Source of the DNA: Candidatus Latescibacterota bacterium
GTDB taxonomy: Bacteria; Latescibacterota; UBA2968; UBA8231
Reading direction: 5' to 3'
Length of the DNA stretch: 64,000 bases
Assembly (NCBI GenBank): GCA_963422735.1
Contig: OY730476.1
Location: 3,904,001-3,968,000 of the forward strand
Part shown: positions 39,519 through 50,500 of the stretch, in pieces
Position numbering within the stretch: the stretch's first letter is position 1
Layout: each line of letters starts with the position of its first letter
The notes under the pieces: model-generated
What the model saw: only the letters and a program-made list of their open reading frames with translations
What the model was told of the DNA's origin: nothing
The model's database searches: none
Program-made: the position numbers and the translations under genes

Positions 39519-40817
39519 TCACTGTCGGGTTTCACCGTTATCTGACCGCGCCCAAGTAGCCACAAATTTGTCCACGCCAAAGCCTTCGGGCATCTCGCTG
39601 TTAAAGGTGCGCAGCGGCCGAGATTCAAAGTTCGGCGGGTCGGCTGCGGGCCGGAGGGCTGTGTATATATTGCTGTAATGTTGGTGGACGCGAGCCTCGT
39701 CTTGCTGCAATTGCTCGTTGAGTGCGGCAAAGCGGGTTTGCAGGGCCGTGGCCTCAGCAGCGGTGAAGCGCTGCGCCATATCCTCGGCGTAGTATGCAGG
39801 CGGCGATCCGTCGATCAGTGGCTGGCGCTCTTGCATGGACATTTGGGCGATCTCCGGCCGATGCAGGAGGACGACCTTGTTGGCGATCCGGCACAACAGC
39901 ACCACGCTCACCATGCGGCCGAACTCGCCCGGGTGCAGCTCGGCCAAGCAATGGCGGAACTTTTGCTCGTCGCTGGCAATCAGCGCGCAGAAGGTCTCCT
40001 CAATCTGGTCGCGCTCCTGATCGTAGTACTTGGCCCAGTGGGCAAAATGGGCCTCGGCCGCGGACGGGATGTATTGCCGGAAGCCATCGGTGTGATACCA
40101 GTCGAGATGGTGGTGATACGAGAGAATCTGGCCGCCGAAGGAGCGATAGCCGAGGTGGATGGTGCGGCGTAGCTGGCTGGTGTACTTGCTGCCCCAGTGC
40201 ATCATCAGGTTGGGATAGACGATCCCGTCGCCGGGCTGTAGCTCGACGGGGATTCCGCCTTCTAGCGGTGCTTTTGGGTCCAGCATGAGCTGCCGCCGCT
40301 GCGCTTCGTTGGTCGGCTGCTTGTGACTGGTGGGCAGGATCCAGAATACGTCGTCTTCGTAGAGCGCGATGTTCCACTGCACATATCCTGGGGCGTTGGC
40401 CATTAGATCCGCTTGCATGCCGCTGAGCGGTGCCTGCTCAGCCGAGCTCGCGTCGCGGTGCCAGTCCGTGTACCCATAATCGATCAGCCCGCTGCACAGC
40501 GCACCAAAGGCGGTGAGGGCCGTCACCGGAGCCTGCATGAGCTGGGCACTGACGCCGAAGGTGGTCTCGCCGAGACAAAAGTCGATGACATCGGCGGTCT
40601 CGGTGCCAATCGAATTCATGTTCAGCCGCGGATGGATGCTCTCGTACCAAGTACTGCCGAGCGGCTCGCCGGGTTGGTGCGCGGCTGCCGAGCATGCCTT
40701 TTCCTGGTCCACCATCCACTCGATGGCGAGCCGCATCGCGCCCAACCGCTCGGGCGGCACGACGTTGCGCAAGATCAGATAGCCTTTGCGGCGGAATTGT
40801 TGCAGATCGACTTGCAT
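39519..40817 (-). CDS. PhyH family dioxygenase with long C-terminal extension
   Basis: FRRKGYLILRNVV, WHRD, QWNIALY, PGDG...MHWG, RRTIH. Confidence 0.85.
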   Translation of the reverse strand: MQVDLQQFRRKGYLILRNVVPPERLGAMRLAIEWMVDQEKACSAAAHQPGEPLGSTWYESIHPRLNMNSIGTETADVIDFCLGETTFGVSAQLMQAPVTALTAFGALCSGLIDYGYTDWHRDASSAEQAPLSGMQADLMANAPGYVQWNIALYEDDVFWILPTSHKQPTNEAQRRQLMLDPKAPLEGGIPVELQPGDGIVYPNLMMHWGSKYTSQLRRTIHLGYRSFGGQILSYHHHLDWYHTDGFRQYIPSAAEAHFAHWAKYYDQERDQIEETFCALIASDEQKFRHCLAELHPGEFGRMVSVVLLCRIANKVVLLHRPEIAQMSMQERQPLIDGSPPAYYAEDMAQRFTAAEATALQTRFAALNEQLQQDEARVHQHYSNIYTALRPAADPPNFESRPLRTFNSEMPEGFGVDKFVATWARSDNGETRQ

Positions 40818-40829
40818 GACTCTCTCCTA

Positions 40830-42236
40830 TCAGCTAGGGGACCGCTGGGCGGCTTGTTCGATCAAAAGCCGATTCTGCTGGCTTTGCCGTACCTGCGCCT
40901 CTAAAGCGACCGGGTCCCACTCGGACAATAGCCGCTCTTGGAGGTCGGCTAAGGTGGCCGCGTAGGCTGGAAGGCCCGCTAGGTCGTCGAATTCGTTGGG
41001 GTCGGCCTCTACGTCGTATAGCTGGGGTGGATCCCCCAAGCTGTAGTGGAGCTTGTAGCGGCCGCGTCGCAACATGGCCGTTGGCCGCGCCACGCCGTGG
41101 GCTAGGTATTCGGAAAAGGCTTCGTCTTTCCAGTCTGCGCCTTGCCCTTGCAGCAATCCCAATAGACTATCGCCGTTCAGCGGTCCCGAGCTGGGTGCGC
41201 CGGCCACATCGACGATGGTCGCCACCATATCCACCAGCGACACTACTTCGCCGATGTGCCGACCGGCCGGGATCTGCCCGGGATAGACCATTTGCAGCGG
41301 CACCTTGGCGGACGCCTCGTACAGGCTCGACTTCCGCCACATACCGTGCTCGCCGTTCATTTCTCCGTGATCGCTGAAGTGCACGATGAGCGTGTTGTCG
41401 CGCTGCCCGGTTTCCTCTAGGGCAGCAAGCAGGCGGCCGATCTTTTCGTCTAGATAGGTAATCAGCCCGTAGTAGCCAGCGCGTGCGCGGCGCACTTGTT
41501 CTTCGGGGAAATCGCCCGCCCCGAACATCGCCCGCATCCGCTGGTGTACGGGGTGTTGGCTTTCGAGATGGCCGGGGGGAATCTCCGGCATGTCGATTTG
41601 CTCGAGGGGATAGAGATTGAAAAACCGCTCGGGCACCACGAGCGGAAAATGCGGCGCAATAAACGAGACATTCAGTGCCCAAGGCCGCTGCTTGCGGCCC
41701 GGGTCGCGCAGATAGGCCAGCGCTTGTTTCTCCACCAGATCATCGACTTCGATCTCTTGGGTCGTCCCCGGCCCGGCCTCGGCGACCCCACCCCAAGGTG
41801 CTTTGGCCGGTGGTGTGCCCTTGCTCCAGTCGGGTGTACCGCGTGGGACGCCATCTTTGGTCCACAGCTCGGCGTGCAAATCGCGCGCTAGCTGGGCGCG
41901 GAAGCCGTGCAATTGGTCCGGGCCGCAAAAGTGCTGTTTGCCCGAGAGCACCACATCGTAGCCAACGGCGCGCAGCCGATGGGCCCAAGTGACCGCATCC
42001 GACGGCAGGGGGCTGGCATTGTCAAAGGACCCGATCTGGCTGATGTAGCGGCCGGTCATAAATGACATCCGCGACGGTAGGCAGAGCGGAGAGTTGCAAT
42101 AGGCGTTGTCAAAGGTCGCGCCCTCGGCGGCCAATTGATCCATAAAGGGTGTCTGCACGAGCGGATGCCGGTAGGGGCCGCTGTACATGGGCGCGTGTTC
42201 GTCCGTCATAATGAGCAGTATGTTGGGGCGATTCAC
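40830..42236 (-). CDS. Sulfatase (choline-sulfatase-like)
   Basis: PNILLIMTDEH, CLPSRMSFMTG, GKQH, SDHG. Confidence 0.93.
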   Translation of the reverse strand: MNRPNILLIMTDEHAPMYSGPYRHPLVQTPFMDQLAAEGATFDNAYCNSPLCLPSRMSFMTGRYISQIGSFDNASPLPSDAVTWAHRLRAVGYDVVLSGKQHFCGPDQLHGFRAQLARDLHAELWTKDGVPRGTPDWSKGTPPAKAPWGGVAEAGPGTTQEIEVDDLVEKQALAYLRDPGRKQRPWALNVSFIAPHFPLVVPERFFNLYPLEQIDMPEIPPGHLESQHPVHQRMRAMFGAGDFPEEQVRRARAGYYGLITYLDEKIGRLLAALEETGQRDNTLIVHFSDHGEMNGEHGMWRKSSLYEASAKVPLQMVYPGQIPAGRHIGEVVSLVDMVATIVDVAGAPSSGPLNGDSLLGLLQGQGADWKDEAFSEYLAHGVARPTAMLRRGRYKLHYSLGDPPQLYDVEADPNEFDDLAGLPAYAATLADLQERLLSEWDPVALEAQVRQSQQNRLLIEQAAQRSPS

Positions 42237-42312
42237 GGGTTGCTCCTAGTTTGCAGGCGTGAAAAGTTGCGGGCGAAGATAAGCCAAACAAATTGCGTCA
42301 ACCAGCCGCCGC

Positions 42313-42740
42313 TCAGCCATCAGCCCGTACGCCCAAGCCGTGTACATAGACCAATTCGCTGCCGCAGTAGCCCGTCCACAAGACCAAGCCGCCGATCAGG
42401 ACGCCGAGGGCGATCCACGTATAGAGCGGCCACCCCGCAAGCCGTCCCTTGAGGTGCAAGGGCAAGCGTCCGAGAACGGCCCCCAATCCCAACAGCAAAG
42501 TCCAAGTAGCGAGGGAGTCGTGCGTGGCTAACGACGCGGCGGCCGGCCTTCCCAAGCCTTGGCTGCGGCTGCGTTGCCGCTGAGTACGGCTGCCGTTGCC
42601 GCTAGTACGCCCAACACCAGCAAGCCGTACGCTAGATGGTGTCCGGCGCGGCGACCTAGCCACAGCGCACCTAGATCGCACAGTGGACTCAGCGACAAGA
42701 GCGCGATGGGGTAGTGGACGATGAAGGGATGCCAATCCAT
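42313..42740 (-). pseudogene. DUF2231-like membrane protein with one frameshift near 42545
   Basis: HPFIVHYPIALL N-terminus and TGYCGSELVYVHGLGV C-terminus in different frames. Confidence 0.72.
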
Positions 42741-42764
42741 ATTGTTAAGGATAGCTAAGTAAAA

Positions 42765-42855
42765 CAGTGGTTAGTGGCCAGTGACCAGTTCCAACCCATC
42801 CTCGGGCCGGCGCGGACTAACCACAGGCCACTAACCACAGGCCACTAACCACTAA
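42765..42855. repeat. Inverted heptamer-array element
   Basis: CAGTGGT TAGTGGC CAGTGAC arm, 26 bp core, then a reverse-complement arm (ACTAACC ACAGGCC)2 ACTAACC. Confidence 0.8.
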
Positions 42856-42871
42856 TTGCGGAGCATGCCCC

Positions 42872-44164
42872 ATGGCCACAGACCTGTGCCAACACATCGC
42901 CGATACGCTGCTAATCGACACGCACGAGCACCTGCGCCCCGAGCGCGACTGGATCGAGAACGGCCCGGACATCCTGCAAGACCTTTTTGGCAACTACGTG
43001 CCCGCCGACCTGATCGCCGCCGGTGCTACTCGCGAGGACTTGCACAAGCTCAACGACGCTTCCGACCCGGACTTTGGTGCGCGCTTTGACCGCATCCGCT
43101 CGGCCTTTGCGGCCATCCGCTTCACCGGCTACGGCGAGGCCGTGCGCATCCTCGCGCACGAAGTTTACGGCATGGCCGATTTTAGCGGAGACGAGCTGCA
43201 CAAGGCGCAAGAGAAACTCACTGCTTGGCGCCGGCCCGGCGGGCGGCACGAGTTGCTCAGCCAAGTAGGTCGGCTCGATCACGTGCAGACCGACGACTTT
43301 TCTTGGCCCTGCCCGCCCGACGAGTCCGGTGTGGACTTTTTCCTCTACGACTTGTCGTGGGCCACCTTTTGCAACGGCCAAATCGACGCCGAGGCCATTG
43401 AGCGAGAAACCGGCGTGGCCGTCACCGACCTAGCTAGCCTCAAGCAGGGCATGGAAGCCCTCTTCGCCCAGCACGGCCCCCACGCTATAGCGGTCAAAGC
43501 CCAGCACGCGTACAACCGCACGCTGCGCTGGGAAGAGCGCGCCGACGCCGACGCCGAGCGCGTGCTCCAACGCTTGCTGCAGGGCGCGGAACTCGACGAG
43601 CCGAGCCGGTTGCTTTTGGGCGACTGGTGCTGGGCACGGGGCACAGAGCTGGCGATCGAATACGAGCTGCCGTTCAAGATCCATACCGGCTACTACGCTG
43701 GCAACGACCGCATGCCCGTTGACCGCATCAAAAGCGGCCACCTCTGCCCCTTGCTGGCCCGCTACCTCGATTGCCGCTTTGTGCTGATGCACATTGCCTA
43801 TCCTTATTCCAACGAATTGGTCGCGCTGGCCAAACACTACCGCAACGCGTACGCCGACCTGTGCTGGGCGTGGTCCATTGACCCGTACAGCGCGTGCGAC
43901 TTTGTGCGCCGCTTTATCCGCGCCGCGCCCGCGTCCAAGCTATTCGCCTTTGGCGGCGACACCGGCTGGCCGACCAGCTCGGTAGCCTACGCGATTCAGG
44001 CGCGTCGCTGGCTCGCCCGCGCACTGCAAGGCGAGATAGACGACGGCTTATTGACCGAGGCCGAAGCCATAGAGCTAGCGACGCGCTTTATGCGCGGCAA
44101 CCAAGAGGCCTGTTTCGACTTGACTGGGACGCGGCAGGTGCTGCGGGTTTCAGCGGCTAGCTAG
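42872..44164 (+). CDS. Amidohydrolase family protein (uronate isomerase-like)
   Basis: IDTHEH, KIHTG, VLMHIAYPY, ADLCW, FGGD. Confidence 0.85.
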   Translation: MATDLCQHIADTLLIDTHEHLRPERDWIENGPDILQDLFGNYVPADLIAAGATREDLHKLNDASDPDFGARFDRIRSAFAAIRFTGYGEAVRILAHEVYGMADFSGDELHKAQEKLTAWRRPGGRHELLSQVGRLDHVQTDDFSWPCPPDESGVDFFLYDLSWATFCNGQIDAEAIERETGVAVTDLASLKQGMEALFAQHGPHAIAVKAQHAYNRTLRWEERADADAERVLQRLLQGAELDEPSRLLLGDWCWARGTELAIEYELPFKIHTGYYAGNDRMPVDRIKSGHLCPLLARYLDCRFVLMHIAYPYSNELVALAKHYRNAYADLCWAWSIDPYSACDFVRRFIRAAPASKLFAFGGDTGWPTSSVAYAIQARRWLARALQGEIDDGLLTEAEAIELATRFMRGNQEACFDLTGTRQVLRVSAAS

Positions 44165-44443
44165 GTTGCATTAGGGCAGGAACGCCAACAGACGCTCGCG
44201 GTGTGCCCGGACTTTCTACCTTTATTCACCACAAGCCCGCTACCGAGTCGCGGTGAAGCGTTCGGGTCGTGACGTTTGCATAGGTGCGGCCCAAATCGGC
44301 ATCTAGCGTGGAAATATCGGCGAAACGTCCAAAAAGGTTGTCTTGCCAGACGCATTCGGCCCAACGAGGACGTGAAAAGGGCGCAGCGGCCTATGTACAT
44401 ACCGCAAACAGCGATAATTCAAGGCTTCAACTCGCGTTATCAT
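44161..44443 (-). pseudogene. AAA/ABC-type ATPase N-terminal stub
   Basis: Manual translation MITRVEALNYRCLRYVHRPLRPFHVLVGPNASGKTTFLDV, then breaks. Confidence 0.72.
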
Positions 44444-44604
44444 CAGTCGGCTCCATCTGCGTTGTCTGTCATAGGGCTATTCATAAACCAAATTTTACTT
44501 TGCGGAATTCTTCTAAGACTAGACGCGAGAAAACGCTCAGCAATTATAGCGCAGCATCGCTCTTTAGTCCGCATCTTCTCCGACGCCACAGTAAGCCACT
44601 CACC

Positions 44605-45339
44605 CTACTGAAACAACTGCGTCGTCGGCTTGATCACCAAGAGGGGTACGCAGGCGCGGGGCGGCAGCGAGGCGACGAAGAGCGCGGCTTGGGCTAGCTC
44701 TTCGGGTTGCAACATGGCGGCCCGGCGTTGGGCACTGACGGGTTCGGGCCGCTGGGCCAAAATCGGCGTCTCTACCTCGCCGGGACAAATCGCGCAGGCG
44801 CGGATGCCGGACGCGACTTCCTCCTCGTTGATCGAGTTGGTTAGAGCCACCGCCCCGTGCTTGGAGGCTGAGTACGCGGCACCGGCCAGCTTGCTGGCCC
44901 GCAGGCCGGCGATGGACGAAATCGTGATGATGAGACCGTCGTTTTTTTGCCGCATCCCAGGCAGCACCGCCCGCACCATGTTGTACACCCCGGTGAGATT
45001 GATGGCAATGGTCTGGTCCCAGTCCTCGGGTGCCACTGCGCCGACCGCACGCGGATTGGTGTTGATGCCGGCGTTGTTGACTAGTACATCGACAGCACCC
45101 CACTCGGCCTTGACAGCCGATGCTAGGGCTTCGACAGCGCGGCGGTCGGATACGTCGCAGGAGTAGAGCAAAATCCGATCGGCATCGAGGCCAGCGGCCG
45201 CGGCAGCGAGCGGCTCAGGACGTCGGCCAACAAACGCCACCCGCGCTCCTGCGTCAGCAAAATCGCGCGCTATGGCCGCGCCGATCCCAGTGCCCGCGCC
45301 GGTGACTACAACGACGTTATCGGCGAATTGCTGCATCAT
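44605..45339 (-). CDS. SDR family oxidoreductase
   Basis: [17 protein letters not shown]. Confidence 0.92.
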   Translation of the reverse strand: MMQQFADNVVVVTGAGTGIGAAIARDFADAGARVAFVGRRPEPLAAAAAGLDADRILLYSCDVSDRRAVEALASAVKAEWGAVDVLVNNAGINTNPRAVGAVAPEDWDQTIAINLTGVYNMVRAVLPGMRQKNDGLIITISSIAGLRASKLAGAAYSASKHGAVALTNSINEEEVASGIRACAICPGEVETPILAQRPEPVSAQRRAAMLQPEELAQAALFVASLPPRACVPLLVIKPTTQLFQ

Positions 45340-46805
45340 TCCGCTCCCTTTTTGAGTGCTTGCAAGTGCTGGGCTTCCTCGCGCTGCTTGTAAAACGAGT
45401 CGAGGGGAAAGCAGCCGGAAATCATGCCGTTGCGTGGCGCGGTCGTGCAATCGGAAAACGTGCGGCAGATGAGGCGGCGTTGCAGTTGGCCGGTTTGCAA
45501 CACGTCGCAGGGCAGGTCGGGATAGGACAAAACCATCCGCCCCAAGCCGATAAAATCTACCATGCTCGCCCGCACGAGAGCTTGCCCCACGTGTGGCAGA
45601 TACTCCTGCAAGTAGGAATAACCCGACCCGACGAACAGACTGCGCGGGAAGCGCGCCTTGAGCCGGGCGACCACTTCTACTTGCCGCGCCACCCCGCACA
45701 GCGGGTCTTCCGGTGGCAGGTATCCATCGGAAGGGGGAAAGAGCGCTGGCCGCTGGATGTGCGGATTATAGTAAGGGCTGCCACAGGACAGGTTAAACAG
45801 CTCCACGCCCAAGCTTTCCAACGAGGCGATGAACTGCTCGGCCTCGCCTAAGTCAAGTTGCCGAGGATCGGCCTGATTGACCCCAAAGCCGTACTCGTAG
45901 GGCAGGCAGCTTTGGTGCGGCTCGGGCACCCCATGCCCGGGCTTGCCGTCGATACTCGCGTCTGGATCGGGCCGGAAGGGCACCAAGTCGAAGGCACTCA
46001 GCCGTACGCCGATGCCGAGGCCGGGTGCTCGGTTGCGGATCCCCTCGATGATGGAGCGGACAAAGCGCGTGCGATTTGTAAAAGAGCCGCCAAAAGGGCC
46101 GGGCCGCGTAAATGCGCTGAGGAATTCGTGCCCTAGGTAGCCGTGGCAATGCTTGATATCCACGAAGTGGTAGCCCAACTCATGGGCGATTTGTGCGCTA
46201 GTAACATAGCGGTCGATCAACTCCTCGATATAGGCGTCCGTCAAGAGCGGATGGTCCGCGGCAAGGCCGAATTTGCAATCCAAGATCGGGTGGTGATAGA
46301 GAATGGCTGGCGCGGCTCGATCCTTGCAATAGGGCCGGCAAAACCGCCCCGAATGCGTTAGTTGCAGCCCGAGGAGCAGGTCGTCGGTGGTGCCGAATCG
46401 CTCGCGGTGCGCCGACAGGAGGATGTCGCGCAGCTCGGCCATGCCGGCGCGGTTTTCTTGGCGCGCCATGAGCTGGTTCGGGTTGGCGCGGCCCTCGGGC
46501 ACCACGGCAAACGCCTCCCCGCCCCAGATGAGCTTGGCCCCGCTGCGCCCGAAATTCCGCCAGCGTCGGCGCGTCAAGTCGCTGGGCTGGCCGTCCTTAG
46601 TCCCATCCCACCCTTCCATCGGCTGAATGGCAAAGCGGTTGCCGATGCGGATGTCGCCGCTGCGGGCCGCTTGGGCCAGCGGGGATGTGGGGGCGGTTGC
46701 TATCTGGTCGTCGCAGGGCAATTCCGCACCTAAACGGGCCAGATGGGCGCGGAAATCCGCCGCCTGCTTAAAGCTAGAGATGCGCGGATAACGCACCTTG
46801 GCCAT
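45336..46805 (-). CDS. NADH:flavin oxidoreductase (old yellow enzyme family)
   Basis: [49 protein letters not shown]. Confidence 0.9.
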   Translation of the reverse strand: MAKVRYPRISSFKQAADFRAHLARLGAELPCDDQIATAPTSPLAQAARSGDIRIGNRFAIQPMEGWDGTKDGQPSDLTRRRWRNFGRSGAKLIWGGEAFAVVPEGRANPNQLMARQENRAGMAELRDILLSAHRERFGTTDDLLLGLQLTHSGRFCRPYCKDRAAPAILYHHPILDCKFGLAADHPLLTDAYIEELIDRYVTSAQIAHELGYHFVDIKHCHGYLGHEFLSAFTRPGPFGGSFTNRTRFVRSIIEGIRNRAPGLGIGVRLSAFDLVPFRPDPDASIDGKPGHGVPEPHQSCLPYEYGFGVNQADPRQLDLGEAEQFIASLESLGVELFNLSCGSPYYNPHIQRPALFPPSDGYLPPEDPLCGVARQVEVVARLKARFPRSLFVGSGYSYLQEYLPHVGQALVRASMVDFIGLGRMVLSYPDLPCDVLQTGQLQRRLICRTFSDCTTAPRNGMISGCFPLDSFYKQREEAQHLQALKKGAE

Positions 46806-47557
46806 TAAGGGGCCTCCCGGCGTTGCAGATACAGCATCAGCCCCAAGCCGAAGGCGATCATGGCGATGCTGAGGAGTTGGGCTTGGCTCAGGTCCCACAG
46901 CACACGCGGGTTGATTCGAATGAATTCCACCAAGAACCGCGCCAGCCCGGCGAGGATGAGATAGAGGCTGAACAACAGGCCCGAAGTTGCGACGTGGGTC
47001 CGTCTCCTCCACAGGAAGGCAGCGATCCCCAAGTGCGCGAGGGTTTCGTACACTGGCGCGGGATGGACCTTTTCAAGGGTCGGCACCACCCCGTTGGGAT
47101 AGGCCATGCCCCAGGGAAGATCCGTCGGCACCCCGTAGTCGCCATCGCCGGCGAGTTGGCAGCCGATTCGCCCGATCCCGTAGCCCACGGCAAGGGCAAT
47201 GCCCATCGAGTCGGCGACTTGGCCCAGCGGCGCACTGTGGCGGCGAATTTGCCAAAGTGCGCCAGCGGCGGCGACGACAAATCCCCCGTACCAAGTCAAG
47301 CCGTAGCCGGAAAACAGTAGGTCGAACACGTCGCCCCAAGTCTCAGGAGACGTTTCAAATATCACAAAGTAGAGCTTGGCACCGACTAGCCCGCCGATCA
47401 TACAGGTGGTGACAATCGTCGATCCCAGCTCTTCGTGTAGCCCTTGGCGCTTGAACTCGCGGTTGAGCACATGCAGGGCCGTTAGGAAACCGAGGGCGAC
47501 CATGAGGCCAAACGTGCCAATGTTAATGGGACCGATCTCGAATAGGTAGGGATACAT
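46805..47557 (-). CDS. lgt: Prolipoprotein diacylglyceryl transferase
   Basis: [36 protein letters not shown]. Confidence 0.92.
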   Translation of the reverse strand: MYPYLFEIGPINIGTFGLMVALGFLTALHVLNREFKRQGLHEELGSTIVTTCMIGGLVGAKLYFVIFETSPETWGDVFDLLFSGYGLTWYGGFVVAAAGALWQIRRHSAPLGQVADSMGIALAVGYGIGRIGCQLAGDGDYGVPTDLPWGMAYPNGVVPTLEKVHPAPVYETLAHLGIAAFLWRRRTHVATSGLLFSLYLILAGLARFLVEFIRINPRVLWDLSQAQLLSIAMIAFGLGLMLYLQRREAP

Positions 47558-47559
47558 AA

Positions 47560-50500
47560 TCAGATATTTTTGCGGCCCAGAGCCTCGATCTGTCGCTTAA
47601 GTGCCGCGGCGATCTCGTAGTAAATCTCATAGGGGCTCAACGTCTCGGTGCATCCCTTAAAAGAGATAGTTTCCAAGGGAGGGCCAAAGAGCAGGCGCAA
47701 GGGGTGGCGCGCTGGTTTGCGCGTCCCCTTGGGCAAGGCTTCGCGGGTGCCGGCAATGTGCAGGGGCACTACGGGCGCGTCCAGCTCGTAGGCCAAAAGC
47801 CCCACGCCCGCCTTAAACGACTGTAGCTGGCTGCTGACCGAGCACGTGCCTTCGGGAAAGACCAGCAGCGGGCGGCGTACCCCCACCGATTGCCGCGCCC
47901 GTACCAAGCCTGCGGCAAAGTCGCCGTGGCCGTTGAAAGGGACGGCGTTGACAAAGGTGTACAAAAACCAGCGCAGCTCGGAGTCGGCAAGGTAATGCTC
48001 GCTGGTTGCGATATTGAGGTGGTCCACGTGGGAGCGCACGGCCGCGTACACGCAAGCACCGTCGAGATGGCTGGCGTGGTTGGCGGCAATCAGGTATGGC
48101 CGATCTTGCGGCAAGTGCTCTAGGCCACCGGCCCGGAGGTCGAAAAAGCGGCGGAACAAAGGGCCGCCGGTCTCCCACAGGATTTCCTGCAGCATCTTTT
48201 TGCCGGCCTCGCTTTCTGGCTCGGCACTCGGCTCGGCGTACAAAATGCCCGACCAGTACGCGGGCGACCGCTCCACCTCCCAGTCCACCCCGTCGCGCAA
48301 GTGATCCTCTATCTGTGCCAAGACGCTGCGGAGCGTGCTCTGTGTACGCAAAAACCCATCGACTTGGGTCCCCAGCCGCTGGCCGAGCCACGCGGCGAAC
48401 TCCACCGCCATCAGCGAATCCAGCAAGGTATCGAGTGGCGCGTCTATATGAGCCGCTACTTCTCCGGTGCTCAGACCAGCGAGCAGGCCGATTTGGCGCT
48501 GGATCGCCCGCTCCCATTCCGGCAGGGCTGTGCCCGGGCAGTCTTCGCTCTCGATGGCGGACAACAGGGCTTGGCGGTCCACGGTGCCGTCGTCTAGCCT
48601 CGGCAGCGGTCGGGTCCAAAAGTGCAGGCACTGGATCCGGTGATGGCTGGGCAAGGTGCGCGAAATCTCGTAGGCCTCGCGCAGGGCCTCGGCTTCCTCG
48701 GCGTTGCGGTTGAGCACGGCCACGCCGCGCACTTCTTCATCCCCAGTGCGAGCCGAGGGCACGCCGACTACGCTCAGCTCGGCCACATGCGGCAAGCCGT
48801 AGTAGAGCGATTCAACTTCGCGTAGATAGGCGTTGTGGTCAGCCCCATTGACGAGCAGGTCTTTGCTCCGCCCTTCGACGAAGAGATATCCTTCGTCGTC
48901 GAGGCAACCAAGGTCGCCGGTATGTAACCACCCGTCGCGCAACACCGCTTGGGTTAGCTCCTCTTGGGAGAAGTATCCCTTCATGACGTTGGCACCTTGC
49001 ACCAAAACCTCGCCGACGCCGCGCTCGTCCGGCTCGGCGATCTGCACTTGCTGCCCAGGCAGCACCTGTCCCACCGACCGGGCTTTGTCCTGCTTGGGCG
49101 CGTTGACCGCCACGATTGAGGCCGCTTCGCTCAGTCCATATCCTTGACAAATCGTCACGCCGAGACGCTCATAAGCGCCGATGAGGTCGTCAGACAGAGC
49201 CGCGCCGATGCTGACGACCCGCCTCAGAGCGGCTAGCGCAGCCGTAGCTCTGGCCCCGAGGTGCTCGATGCGGTCGGCCAAGACGCGCAACAGGCGCGGC
49301 GCGGTCAACAGCACGGTCGTATCCGTATCGCGCAGGGCTCGGAGTATCTCGCGGCTGTTGACAGCCTCTAAATACGTGATGGTGGCCCCGCCGACCAGTG
49401 GCAGCAGCAAGCCGCCGGTGAATTCGAGAGCTTGGTGCAGAGGCAGAGTCGAGAGCATGCGGTCGGATTCGTAGATGCGCAGCACCTCGCCTTGGGCGAG
49501 GACGTTGGAAATGAGATTGCGATGACTCAACACCACTCCGCGCGACTCGATGACCGAGGTAAAGATGATCGACGCCGTGGCGTCTGGCTCGACTCGCGGC
49601 GGCTTCCAAGGGCCTTCTCCGACGGACGCGGCTGACTCGGGAGCGCACCCGAACGGCAGACCGTCGCGATCTAAATTAAAAAAGGCCATCTCCTTGTGGG
49701 CTGCCACGCCCTCGGGTGAGAGCTGGGAAAAGCACTTTTCCGCTGCAATCAACGCCTTCGCTTGGACAAAGTCACACAGCCTCCAGATGTCTTCCTCGTG
49801 CGTCTGCGGGTCGATGGGCACGACTGCTAGCCCGTGCAGGCTGGCCGCCATGTAGGCGACGACCCACTCCGGCCCGTTGTCCCCGCATAGCAGGACCCGT
49901 GTACCAGCCGACATGCCCTGTGCTTGCCAACTGCGTGCCACGCGCTCGGCGCGGGTGATCAACTCACCGTAGCTGATCCGCGTCCAGCCGGCTCGGCGCT
50001 CGATTTGCAAGGCCGTTCTGGCGGCGTAGCGGCCGCAGGCCCAGCGCAACAGGTCCGGGATAGTGCGGATGCTTTCCTCGATGCGCCAGCGCTGCTCTTC
50101 GCCCCCCACTTCGCCCGGTGCCGCGCTCAACGGCTCTTGGTCGTCGGCCCCGCCTAGCTCGTGGCTCCGGAGGCCGGGTAGGTGGGTCTTTTGATAATAT
50201 TGATACCAGTCGATCCGCCGTACGTCCATGTTGAATATCCGCTGCTCTTCGGGGGGCAGCGACTCGTAAAGGGCCAACATGCGCTTGGTTTCATAACGGC
50301 AATCGAGGGTCGTGTACGGGCTGAACAGGTCGGTGAAGTACTGGACGCGCTTGAGCCGCGTCTTGAGCGCGGCCAAGCGGCGCTTCTTCTGGGCCGGTGC
50401 CCAACGCTCGGGCAGGTATTCGTAGAGCTTTTGCTTTATCTCTAGAGGATAGAGGTACTTCCAGTTGAAGACGCGCTGGAAGCGGGCTACCGTCGGGAAG

